This document shows, in pieces, positions 1 through 7,961 of a stretch of DNA of 43,568 nucleotides. The stretch comes from a virus (Duplodnaviria > Caudoviricetes), in IMG/VR virus record IMGVR_UViG_3300017648_000005, positions 1 to 43,568 of that record, one strand, 5' to 3'. The position numbers were made by a program, and so were the translations under genes. Positions within the stretch are counted from its first letter, which is position 1, and every line of letters begins with the position of its first letter. The notes under the pieces were generated by a model. The model had not been told where the DNA came from and did no database searches. It saw only the letters and a list, made by a program, of their open reading frames with translations.

Positions 1-123
1 GACGATGCTGCGCGAGAGCTGGGATTGGCTTCCGAAGTAGGCGGTCAATATGTAGTCACCAAGAGCGTTAAACAAGCGTTAGACCGATATAAGAAGCTTA
101 CGACGGATGAAGGCATAAACGCC
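1..123. repeat. Terminal overlap, identical to 43446-43568 (circular contig)
   Basis: Exact 123-bp identity of both ends; falls inside a continuous ORF. Confidence 0.97.
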
Positions 124-1389
124 TTCCTGAATGCCTTTGACGCGGCACAAAGCTTCTGGAAACGCACGACATTGTTCTCGCTTCCGTACCACCTTAGAAA
201 CGCTGTAGGCGGTATGTTCAATAATTACGTAGGGGGGATGAACTCCGCGAGTCTCATAAAGTATACGGAGCAAGCGCGGAGAGATGTATACGATGCGGTA
301 ATCAAGGGTAAGGAGACGGAACTTTTCAAGGAATACCGTAAACAAGGGTTAGGTTCATCGTCTCTATCTGGCGTTGAATTTGCACGGGGCGGCGTAGAAC
401 CGGAAGAGGCTATTGCCAAGACGATTCAGAAGAGAAGTCAATTCGACGGAACGCTCGGAGGCAGGCTGAAAGCCGAAGCCAAGAGCCTAAAGAACCCCAT
501 GAACGCCTTTGAGACGTCAAGAGAATTCGGGGATTTCATCGACCAGATCAACCGTTTTGCCCTGTTTAAATGGGCGCGTGACAAAGGGATGTCACCGGAA
601 CAGGCCGCACAAAAGGTTAGAGAAGTGCAGTTTGATTATACTCGCACAACGCCTTTTGAACGTGAAGTGATGGTTCGAGCCATGCCGTTCTATCGATGGA
701 TGCGTAATAACCTTCCATTCCAAATACAGCAATTTCTTAACGATCCTCGTAAGTACGCAAACGTTAATAAGCTTCGTCTAAACGCAACAGAAGCCGCAGG
801 GATCGAAGATGAGGATGTTCCGGATTGGATGAAGGAACAATTTGCAATACCGGTATTTGGAAACGAGGAAGGTGCGAAGGCATTAGGGTTTAACCTTCCT
901 ATTGGAGACTTGGCGAGACTGAACGATCCGTTGAAGATGATTATGGATTCGATCACTCCGGCCGCGAAACTCCCGGCAGAATTGGCCTTGAATCGCAGCT
1001 TCTTCTATGACCGACCCATCCAAGAATTCGAAGGTCAGGAGCGTCAATTGGCGATTCCTGAATCCTTCTATGGCATTCCAATTCCCGGTGGAGGAACCCG
1101 GCTTCCGTCCTCCTTGGAGCCTAACGAAACACTGGCCTATATCCTTGAACAGATCGGTGGTCAGCCCGTTAGACAAACCCTTAAAACATTGGCCGCGCCG
1201 GAAGGGGAGGATCAGAAACGGAAATTCCTTGATCCTGTTCTAGGCATCAGTTCTATGTTAAAGGATATCAACCCGCAGCAATCGCAGTATTTCCAACGAT
1301 TAGAGGAACTTCAACGACTCCAAGACCTGATGGATTATATCGAGCAGCAGACAGGACAACGACCGAGAACAATCAATGAGATTCGCTAG
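1..1389 (+). CDS. C-terminal part of large internal virion/DNA-ejection protein (joins 41973-43445 across the origin, ~953 aa)
   Basis: Frame open from base 1 and continuous with the ORF starting at 41973; VREVQFDY...PFYRWMRNNLP motif resembles large podovirus internal proteins; last structural gene before lysis. Confidence 0.7.
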   Translation, partial: DDAARELGLASEVGGQYVVTKSVKQALDRYKKLTTDEGINAFLNAFDAAQSFWKRTTLFSLPYHLRNAVGGMFNNYVGGMNSASLIKYTEQARRDVYDAVIKGKETELFKEYRKQGLGSSSLSGVEFARGGVEPEEAIAKTIQKRSQFDGTLGGRLKAEAKSLKNPMNAFETSREFGDFIDQINRFALFKWARDKGMSPEQAAQKVREVQFDYTRTTPFEREVMVRAMPFYRWMRNNLPFQIQQFLNDPRKYANVNKLRLNATEAAGIEDEDVPDWMKEQFAIPVFGNEEGAKALGFNLPIGDLARLNDPLKMIMDSITPAAKLPAELALNRSFFYDRPIQEFEGQERQLAIPESFYGIPIPGGGTRLPSSLEPNETLAYILEQIGGQPVRQTLKTLAAPEGEDQKRKFLDPVLGISSMLKDINPQQSQYFQRLEELQRLQDLMDYIEQQTGQRPRTINEIR

Positions 1390-1399
1390 GAGGGAGGAT

Positions 1400-1588
1400 A
1401 TGATCGAGATGCAGCCATGCGCCGTGTCTCCACGAACAATCACAATACTACGAAAATTTGAACCGGACATTGCCGATCAACTCTATTTCGAACCACACGA
1501 AGTCCATCAACTGGCGGTGAATCGTCTTGTACGATTTGATTATCGACAGCATATCCATCATGTGGAGGAACGGCTTAACGCTGTCTAG
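1400..1588 (+). CDS. Hypothetical protein
   Basis: ATG after GGAGG RBS. Confidence 0.55.
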   Translation: MIEMQPCAVSPRTITILRKFEPDIADQLYFEPHEVHQLAVNRLVRFDYRQHIHHVEERLNAV

Positions 1589-2108
1589 CGTCGGAGCCGT
1601 TCTTGTGCTTCTTCTGAAAAATCGCCGTCTAAAGCGATATATCAACCTCCACTTACCACGAATCCTAAGAGACCAGGACGACGAGCGATTGAAGCGATTA
1701 GAATCCAAAATCGACTATCTCATTGAAAGAGAGGGAGGGTCATGCCATGTAGACTTGAAGCACTTAACCAACGATACCCGAAAGAACTCATTGAACTATT
1801 TACCCCGATTCCGTGTCCTTTCTGCGGGGTCTATCATGAAAAAAATGGCTATACGAGAATGTATAAGGAGGATGAAAAAGATGTTGCAAAAGTTGAAGAG
1901 TAGGAAGTTCATTCTGGCTGTGGTATCCGCAGTTCTCGTTGTTTTGAATGATGGACTCGATTTGGGAATAGATCAGGAAACAGTTCTCACATTCGCAGGA
2001 CTGGTTGCCACTTGGATTATAGGAGAAGCGGCAGTCGATGCAACAAGAGCGAAAGGGGCAGCGCAAAATGGCACCGACTACAATGCGTCAGAAAACGTTG
2101 GCGAATGA
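1527..2108 (+). CDS. Membrane lysis protein; C-terminal 78 aa (1872-2108) is a holin-like two-TM protein with its own RBS
   Basis: TTG start after GGCGGTGA; N-terminal TM; internal AGGAGG-ATG at 1872 giving MKKM...KSRKFILAVV; precedes endolysin. Confidence 0.75.
   Translation: MYDLIIDSISIMWRNGLTLSSVGAVLVLLLKNRRLKRYINLHLPRILRDQDDERLKRLESKIDYLIEREGGSCHVDLKHLTNDTRKNSLNYLPRFRVLSAGSIMKKMAIRECIRRMKKMLQKLKSRKFILAVVSAVLVVLNDGLDLGIDQETVLTFAGLVATWIIGEAAVDATRAKGAAQNGTDYNASENVGE
1742..1903 (+). CDS. Nested out-of-frame 53-aa ORF with CPFCG motif
   Basis: GGGAGGG upstream of ATG 1742 (short spacing); my translation MPCRLEALNQRYPKELIELFTPIPCPFCGVYHEKNGYTRMYKEDEKDVAKVEE. Confidence 0.4.
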   Translation: MPCRLEALNQRYPKELIELFTPIPCPFCGVYHEKNGYTRMYKEDEKDVAKVEE

Positions 2109-2832
2109 CCTTCCTTTTCAACTGAACGCGATCCAAGACATTACCGACGCGTTGCCGAAAAACCCTAAAGGCGATTGGCTCACGATGCCTACGCGCAGGG
2201 CAAACGGTCATCTAACCACAGGCCCACGCCCGTTCGGGGATATCAAACGTATATCCATCCATCATACGGCTGTAGAAGGAAAACCTGAGGGTCATGCGAG
2301 GTATCATATCGACAAAGGTTACGGTGGAATCGCGTACCATGTTTATGTGAAGGGAAATCAGATTTATCAGGTGAACGACCTTCTCACACTAACATGGCAC
2401 ACACCTTCTAATAACTTCGATACGATCGGAATCTGCGTAGAAGGGGATTTCACCAAACGTCAACTGACAGAAGCCGAACGCATGAATTTGTATGGGGCGA
2501 TTATCACGGTTATGGAACTGTTCAACATCCCTGTTGAGCAAGTGAGAGGGCATCGAGAGATATCGGGGGGCACGTCTTGCCCTGGATTCGATATGAACCG
2601 CGTGCGCAATGATCTCAAGCAGATCAATATGGAAATGGCCTATCGCCGGTCGGAGGAATACCGCACCGCCGCCATTACGCAGCTCGCCGCAAGGGTACAT
2701 CATCTGCAATCGATGGTGGCGCGGCGTGATCCCTATTGGGAAGATGCGGAGCGTAAGCTTTTTACTCTGTATCAGCTCGCACAGGAATATGAACTCATGT
2801 CTCCCGATCAAGTCGGAAAATCGATTGCATAA
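2068..2832 (+). CDS. Endolysin, N-acetylmuramoyl-L-alanine amidase (Amidase_2/PGRP-like)
   Basis: IHHTA, IAYH, IGICVEGDF, GHRE...SCPG zinc-amidase motifs; follows holin. Confidence 0.9.
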   Translation: MAPTTMRQKTLANDLPFQLNAIQDITDALPKNPKGDWLTMPTRRANGHLTTGPRPFGDIKRISIHHTAVEGKPEGHARYHIDKGYGGIAYHVYVKGNQIYQVNDLLTLTWHTPSNNFDTIGICVEGDFTKRQLTEAERMNLYGAIITVMELFNIPVEQVRGHREISGGTSCPGFDMNRVRNDLKQINMEMAYRRSEEYRTAAITQLAARVHHLQSMVARRDPYWEDAERKLFTLYQLAQEYELMSPDQVGKSIA

Positions 2833-2862
2833 GAAAAGGAGTGGTCTGTTGCAAGAATTATT

Positions 2863-3156
2863 TTAATTATTTATCAAAGTCGGGTTTGTTATAGGAAATG
2901 GATATAAGAAAATGTTAAACCGATGTATGCAAAGCAACGTATTAGGTATATAATAACATTCAGAGTTAATCGCTACTATTCCTATGGGATGGTAGGTCAA
3001 GAGCAGAGCGGGAGGGCAGAAATGTCTCTCCCGTTTCTTTATTATGGAGGGGAAACGCAGGGTGTATGCATCGTCCAAGTAAATTTTTATCGCTTGCGGA
3101 GTTAATGGTATTCTTAGTTCAAATATAACGTCACCGTTATCATCTTTAATTTTCAT
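2863..3156 (-). CDS. Hypothetical protein (3' half doubtful)
   Basis: ATGA-coupled to upstream 3153-3314 gene; AGGAG RBS. Confidence 0.45.
   Translation of the reverse strand: MKIKDDNGDVIFELRIPLTPQAIKIYLDDAYTLRFPSIIKKRERHFCPPALLLTYHPIGIVAINSECYYIPNTLLCIHRFNIFLYPFPITNPTLINN
2961..3040 (+). ncRNA. Candidate ~80-nt small RNA
   Basis: TATAAT 2949-2954; hairpin 2973-2995; GAAA-loop terminator 3009-3033 plus T tract. Confidence 0.5.
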
Positions 3157-3314
3157 CCCTTATTCTCCTTTCTTAATCGTTCTTCCCACATAATCTTAGT
3201 CTGACGAGAAAATTCACCATGTTCCAACCGTTTAAGCTTATTGTACAGTTCCATATCCTCCTTGTCGCTAAGTTTGAACGAAACACTTTTTAGCCTGTAA
3301 TCCTTATTCGCCAT
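3153..3314 (-). CDS. Small ribbon-helix-helix-like protein (53 aa)
   Basis: MANKDYRLKSVSFKLSDKEDMELYNKLKRLEHGEFSRQTK...; GGGGTGA RBS; TATAAT upstream. Confidence 0.6.
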   Translation of the reverse strand: MANKDYRLKSVSFKLSDKEDMELYNKLKRLEHGEFSRQTKIMWEERLRKENKG

Positions 3315-3390
3315 GCTGTCACCCCAGTTATGGAATTATAGAAATGTATGTAATTTATATGCCCCCGAAGGGGCGAAGGAGGGAGAAAGG

Positions 3391-3621
3391 CTAGTTAAGG
3401 TAATTCGAATGATTTTTCTCAAAACGTGCTTTTTCTTGCTCAAGCCATAGGATCGTTTCTTCTTCTAATTGCTTCAGTCTCGCTCGGTGTTCTCTAATCG
3501 TGGGAATAATCCCTTTCGTCTCATAGGAAACCCTGCCACCGACAATGTGTAAGTAAATCCAGAAAGCGCCACATAACCATATAAAACCGATGGAAATCCA
3601 TGCGAATATTTCTGCTATCAT
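3391..3621 (-). CDS. Small single-TM membrane protein
   Basis: Hydrophobic N-terminus, charged tail; GGTGG RBS. Confidence 0.65.
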   Translation of the reverse strand: MIAEIFAWISIGFIWLCGAFWIYLHIVGGRVSYETKGIIPTIREHRARLKQLEEETILWLEQEKARFEKNHSNYLN

Positions 3622-3654
3622 CTTCCCACCACCTATATAGAGTGGATCGCTGCA

Positions 3655-3990
3655 TAAAAACCTTGATACAACGGCATTTACAGCTTATTTATGATAAAGT
3701 GCTCGCATATAGACCGGGGATCATATTTATATGCCGCGTGATCCAGCGCGGAATGCAACGGTTGACACCTTCCCATTTCCGTCTCAAACGGCCAACCACT
3801 TACCAGATTGTCAATCCCTACGACCTCATGGGTGGGTTGGAAAACCTTGATGGTACTCAGTTGCATTTTTAATAATAATTTCCCCACTCATACTGAACCG
3901 CGCGACGCGTGACCGTTAGCGCATGAGCAGGGTAAGATATTTGTCCGGTTCTGGGAACACATCGTTGAGAGGTGCGAACCGGTTCCATGT
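3655..3990 (-). ncRNA. Candidate large structured non-coding RNA or long 5' leader
   Basis: TGgTATAAT promoter at 3995-4003 (minus); stems 3945-51/3976-82, 3882-93/3921-32, 3752-59/3860-67, 3734-38/3747-51. Confidence 0.55.
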
Positions 3991-4030
3991 ATTCATTATA
4001 CCATATTGTGGATACGGTGTATATATAAAA

Positions 4031-4076
4031 TAGTTATCATTTATTGGTCAATAAACAAACCATAGAATGATAACTA
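4031..4076. other. Putative attP
   Basis: 46-bp imperfect inverted repeat with perfect outer arms TAGTTATCATT/AATGATAACTA, overlapping the integrase stop; central dinucleotide AA at 4053-4054. Confidence 0.7.
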
Positions 4077-5618
4077 CTTAATAATCCTCGGATCGATCTC
4101 CAACTTAAATTCCCCGCCTCGTTGATCGTTTCCTTTCCAGTATCGGATTTCGGCTATGACTTCTTTTAGGAACATGTTTTTCCGTTTCACGTCTTTAGAG
4201 GAGACGTAGTATTTCAGAACATTCTCCAACTTAGGCAATAGCTCGGTTTGATTCTGCTTCCGTTGGCGTTCCTGTTCTAGTTCTCCTTCCAACTTTTCGA
4301 GCTGCTTTGTCGTTTCCTCGATTCGCTCTGAAAGTGTTCGAGATCGCTCCAAGAAAATCTCCTGCGTATAGATACGCTGTTCCAATAGATCAAATTGGTT
4401 CGCCCGTTGTTCCTCATATAATTTTAATTGATCTCTCTTTTCTTGGACAAGCCTTTCTTTTAATTGTAAAGCATGCGATGTCCGGGGCTTTCGTGTCTTA
4501 ATCTCGACTTTCAAGTCCTTAATCCACGCTCGCAGGAAATTCAATACTTTATCCTCGATCAGATCGTACCGAACACTGCGGTTATCACAATGCTTATTGT
4601 TGCATTTGAGATAGAAGATTTCGTGATTCTTGGGATGACGTTTCAGAACCAATGTGAAGCCGCATTTCCCGCACTTCACGATCCCGGCCAACGCATTGAT
4701 CGGGGGATAGGCTTTTTTATTTCGTATAAGGATGTTGTTTTTCTTCTTCTCCTGGACACGAAAAAACAAATCCTCGTCAATGATGGCAGGATGCAGGCCG
4801 GGAACGTCGATGATCTTTTCTTTCGGTCTTTGTCTGATGTCGTATTTCTTATCCGGCAAATTTACCTTTTTGCGAGATTGCTTCCTAAACTGGATGCGAC
4901 CAATATAAACGGGATTCTTGAGAATTTGAAGGATGACATTGAAATTCCACGCCTTTCCGTTATACGACGGTATTTGCAGTTCATCCGTCAGCTTACGGGC
5001 AATTTCCGTCGAGCTTATACCTTCATCGTACCATTGGAACATGAGTCTGACGATATCCGCTTGTTCATTCGGTTTAAGCGTCCTCACACCGTCCTGATGG
5101 TGGATGTCGTAGCCATAGGGCGGTCGGGTGCCGATATACTTTCCTGACTCCGCAGAGATGTCACGACCCCTCTGAAGGCGTCTGGTGATCATTCTCAGCT
5201 CCTGACGAGCGAAAAGAGAGGTTATGTCAGCCTGGAATTCGTCGGATTCGTCATTGAGGTCAAGGACTTTATGCGGGGATACGATCAGGACATTGTTGGA
5301 TCGGAATGAATTCAGGATGAACCCTTGTTCCTGCATGTTCCCACGCGAGAGCCGGTCTTGATCCATGACTAATACGCCGCGTGTCGGACGTTCATTGATC
5401 CAGTCCAATAAACGCAGCATTTCCGTCCGGTCGCTCAGTCGTTCGCCGGATATGACTTCTTCGAAGATTTCCACGATATTTAATTTATGATGATTTGCGA
5501 ACTTCATTAGAACGGATTTATGTTTCGCCAGCGTTTCTCCTTCGCCGCGCAGTTCTGCTTCCAGATCGGCGCGGCTCTTGCGTAGATAGATGACGTATTC
5601 ACCTTGAGGTAGGTTCAT
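4074..5618 (-). CDS. Large serine recombinase (integrase)
   Basis: YLRKSR catalytic Ser, DRLSRG, PPYGY recombinase domain, CGKCG zinc ribbon, coiled coil. Confidence 0.95.
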   Translation of the reverse strand: MNLPQGEYVIYLRKSRADLEAELRGEGETLAKHKSVLMKFANHHKLNIVEIFEEVISGERLSDRTEMLRLLDWINERPTRGVLVMDQDRLSRGNMQEQGFILNSFRSNNVLIVSPHKVLDLNDESDEFQADITSLFARQELRMITRRLQRGRDISAESGKYIGTRPPYGYDIHHQDGVRTLKPNEQADIVRLMFQWYDEGISSTEIARKLTDELQIPSYNGKAWNFNVILQILKNPVYIGRIQFRKQSRKKVNLPDKKYDIRQRPKEKIIDVPGLHPAIIDEDLFFRVQEKKKNNILIRNKKAYPPINALAGIVKCGKCGFTLVLKRHPKNHEIFYLKCNNKHCDNRSVRYDLIEDKVLNFLRAWIKDLKVEIKTRKPRTSHALQLKERLVQEKRDQLKLYEEQRANQFDLLEQRIYTQEIFLERSRTLSERIEETTKQLEKLEGELEQERQRKQNQTELLPKLENVLKYYVSSKDVKRKNMFLKEVIAEIRYWKGNDQRGGEFKLEIDPRIIK

Positions 5619-5658
5619 GGTTTAGGCTCCTATTAGGTAAGAATAAGCCCTGCGTAGA

Positions 5659-6306
5659 TTAATTCAAATTAACATCTTCGTTTCTTTCATATTTCCTGGT
5701 GGCTATAGCAAGGATTGAATTGGCAACTAACAATTCAAGCGGAAGTAAAGGTAATCTAAGAAGTAAATAAATCAGGCCGCCTTGCCACCAGTAGAACACA
5801 AATGCGAGTATTATTAGAACCAATAATACAAGGCCACAAACTGATTCGATTGTCGCTTTCATTGACCCGTTTCCGTATCTACCGATTGAGTAGATAATAC
5901 CAAACACAAAACTAGAAAGCATCATGATAGACCAAATAAGATCAGGTTTAAAGAATTCATATAATCTGTATACTTCTGGACTAATATATGATTGAACGAA
6001 GAGTATTGAAAATAAAATAAGTCCATGTCTCAAGAAGGGGTAATTATCTTTAATGGGAAGAGACGTATTAATTAGGAACGAAAAAATGATTGCCATGATG
6101 TAGTATGTGAATACATTATAACCAAATATGTACAATATCATCGTTTGAAAAATTGTGCAGATAAATAAATACCAAAGAAATCGGAAAAACAAACCGATAA
6201 AATAGCCTTGAGTGTGACCATTCATACTTTTCACCATAAAATTTCCCGATCGGCTCGGGGATTTGCTAATTTTTAATGGATTCATCTTCTTCTGAGGATT
6301 TCTCAC
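5659..6306 (-). CDS. Multi-pass membrane protein (start uncertain)
   Basis: About 6 hydrophobic segments; AT-rich. Confidence 0.7.
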   Translation of the reverse strand: MRNPQKKMNPLKISKSPSRSGNFMVKSMNGHTQGYFIGLFFRFLWYLFICTIFQTMILYIFGYNVFTYYIMAIIFSFLINTSLPIKDNYPFLRHGLILFSILFVQSYISPEVYRLYEFFKPDLIWSIMMLSSFVFGIIYSIGRYGNGSMKATIESVCGLVLLVLIILAFVFYWWQGGLIYLLLRLPLLPLELLVANSILAIATRKYERNEDVNLN

Positions 6307-6601
6307 TCAGACCAACAACAACCATAACGATAAGGCCGATCACGAATGCTATTATTCCTGCATATCGATCATCCAGGTGGGCTTGTCCAGCTAAATATGT
6401 AATAGCGAAACTACCGAGAATCCAGATTAATAGAAATAAGACCGTGCCAAGTATCCATCGGTTTGTTTTATTGGTTATATCTTGGTTCTGTTTTTCGACT
6501 GATTGAACAGCAATAGCATCATCGGTTAAAAGTTTATTCCCGCATTGACCGCAGAACTTTTGTGCTGGATTGGTATGTCCGCACTTTGAACAGACGATCA
6601 T
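6266..6601 (-). CDS. Zinc-ribbon plus two-TM membrane protein
   Basis: CSKCG...FCGQCG followed by two TM segments; GGAGG RBS. Confidence 0.8.
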   Translation of the reverse strand: MIVCSKCGHTNPAQKFCGQCGNKLLTDDAIAVQSVEKQNQDITNKTNRWILGTVLFLLIWILGSFAITYLAGQAHLDDRYAGIIAFVIGLIVMVVVGLSEKSSEEDESIKN

Positions 6602-6645
6602 TAATAACCAAACCTCCAATAATCTTAAAATTTCGACAAAATGTA

Positions 6646-6674
6646 TGGAAAAGAAAACGATTTCATGGTACTAT
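6646..6674 (+). promoter_or_regulatory. Promoter driving the c-di-GMP aptamer
   Basis: TGGAAA-17bp-TACTAT with extended -10 TG. Confidence 0.55.
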
Positions 6675-6685
6675 ATCCATTACCT

Positions 6686-6786
6686 ACTAAAAAACGACAA
6701 ACGGCAAACCTTCCGAAAGGATGGGACGCAAAACTATAGGGGCTACGGTCACTTTGACTATGCCAGCCAGGTGCCGAAAGTTTAGT
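6686..6786 (+). ncRNA. Cyclic di-GMP-I (GEMM) riboswitch aptamer
   Basis: GGCAAACC-ttcc-GAAA-ggat-GGGACGCAAA...GGGGCTACG...ATGCCAGCCAGGTGCCG matches the GEMM consensus, including the GAAA tetraloop. Confidence 0.9.
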
Positions 6787-6863
6787 TTTTTTGTCTCTTT
6801 TTATATAGTTCACTCATGGGTGAACTTCTTGTTCCCGAATGGCAATTTGTGAATTTGCCATTA

Positions 6864-7097
6864 TTACCGATCCCGATTCCGAGAGGGAGTTTCTTTCCAT
6901 ACATATAGATCATCTATAGGAACCATGAAATATTCAGCGATGGTTTTGGCCGTCTGGATCGACATGACCTTTCTCATATTTGCGTAATCAGACAGTTGAG
7001 ATTTCGATATTCCCAACGCAAGTGATAGTTCTTGAGCTTGCATTTTTCTCTCTCGGATTAGTTCGGGGATTCGGCATTTTTCGGGAACAAATGCCAT
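6864..7097 (-). CDS. Small XRE-family HTH regulator
   Basis: Cro/C1-type HTH (LGISKSQLSDY); followed by hairpin 6838-6862. Confidence 0.85.
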   Translation of the reverse strand: MAFVPEKCRIPELIRERKMQAQELSLALGISKSQLSDYANMRKVMSIQTAKTIAEYFMVPIDDLYVWKETPSRNRDR

Positions 7098-7224
7098 AAA
7101 ATACCCCTTAAAATATTTTTGCTCTACATGTTGTGTTCTGGTATCAAATTATCAAGGAGAGTGAGAACATGAATACAATATATTGAATTCTCTAAATAAT
7201 TGCTTAAAATCAGCCATTGAAATA

Positions 7225-7238
7225 GGAACAGTCGTTCG
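7225..7238. promoter_or_regulatory. LexA (Cheo) SOS box inside a + strand promoter
   Basis: GGAACAGTCGTTCG vs consensus CGAAC-N4-GTTCG, between TTGAAA (7217) and TATAAAAT (7239). Confidence 0.8.
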
Positions 7239-7298
7239 TATAAAATAGTCATGTAGCCTGTCGCAAAAGTCCCTGAATACATAATGGGCGGTGTTCGC

Positions 7299-7457
7299 AT
7301 GGTGGAATCATCGTTTATAGAGTTTATAAAGAACGCTAATTATGAACAATTAAGTTCCTTGATAGAACGATTACCGTGCCATACTTGTGATTGTTCAAAG
7401 AAGTGTAATTTGCTAGAGCTTTTGATTGAACGACAGTCTATTGACCCTCGTCTTTGA
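7299..7457 (+). CDS. 52-aa Cys-rich protein, SOS-controlled antirepressor candidate
   Basis: GGCGGTG RBS; MVESSFIEFIKNANYEQLSSLIERLPCHTCDCSKKCNLLELLIERQSIDPRL. Confidence 0.55.
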   Translation: MVESSFIEFIKNANYEQLSSLIERLPCHTCDCSKKCNLLELLIERQSIDPRL

Positions 7458-7800
7458 GGACTCGGGCTAAATCATCAAAAAGTTTACGTTTGTGCGGCGG
7501 CATATTAAAATATGCTTCCGCTATTTTACGTGTGTTTTCATCATTCATGATATTGACACTGTAAGCTGCAGATGGTTCTTTTAGTAAAGTTTTATTTACT
7601 TCCCTCCCTGTTAACAACCAATCGATGTCAACGTGATATAATTCTGCTAGTTTTCTCAGGATTTCTGTATCGGGATCGCGGTAATCTCTTTCATATCCAG
7701 ATAAAGTACCATTGGATATTCCGAGTTTTTTTGCCACTTCTACTTGGGTCAATCTGCTGTTTTCACGCGATTTCTTTAACCTCGAACCAAGCGTCTTCAT
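7438..7800 (-). CDS. Phage immunity repressor (XRE HTH, no S24 protease domain)
   Basis: HTH_3 motif; divergent from cro-like gene. Confidence 0.9.
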   Translation of the reverse strand: MKTLGSRLKKSRENSRLTQVEVAKKLGISNGTLSGYERDYRDPDTEILRKLAELYHVDIDWLLTGREVNKTLLKEPSAAYSVNIMNDENTRKIAEAYFNMPPHKRKLFDDLARVLKDEGQ

Positions 7801-7840
7801 AGATACACCCCCAATACATCAAATATCATTATAACAATTT

Positions 7841-7941
7841 TAAGCGTAGCGAATAAGTTTTTGCGCGAAAAGCAAAATTTCATGTTGACTAAGCGTAACG
7901 CGCAATGCTATATTGTAATCATCAACTAAGCGTAACGCTTA
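7841..7941. promoter_or_regulatory. Genetic-switch operators and early promoter
   Basis: TAAGCGTAACGC(G/T)(C/T)AA copies at 7890 and 7927, degenerate at 7841; TTGACT 7885 / TATATT 7909. Confidence 0.85.
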
Positions 7942-7961
7942 ATCGAAAGTGAGGTGATTCT

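Noticed and set aside
2961-3040. Twister ribozyme or solitary CRISPR repeat (Racr)
   Set aside because: Only short word similarity; required pseudoknots or a repeat 3' GAAA(C/T) end were not found
3600-3887. ORFs 3600-3872 (+) and 3678-3887 (-) as proteins
   Set aside because: Weak RBS and no motifs; dense base-pairing explains the region better, though coding is not excluded
4473-5147. 224-aa antisense ORF (similarly 9222-9794 and 30045-30614)
   Set aside because: Shadow frames opposite well-supported genes
6570-6813. ORFs 6570-6785 (+) and 6625-6813 (-)
   Set aside because: They overlap the c-di-GMP aptamer and its promoter and lack a convincing RBS
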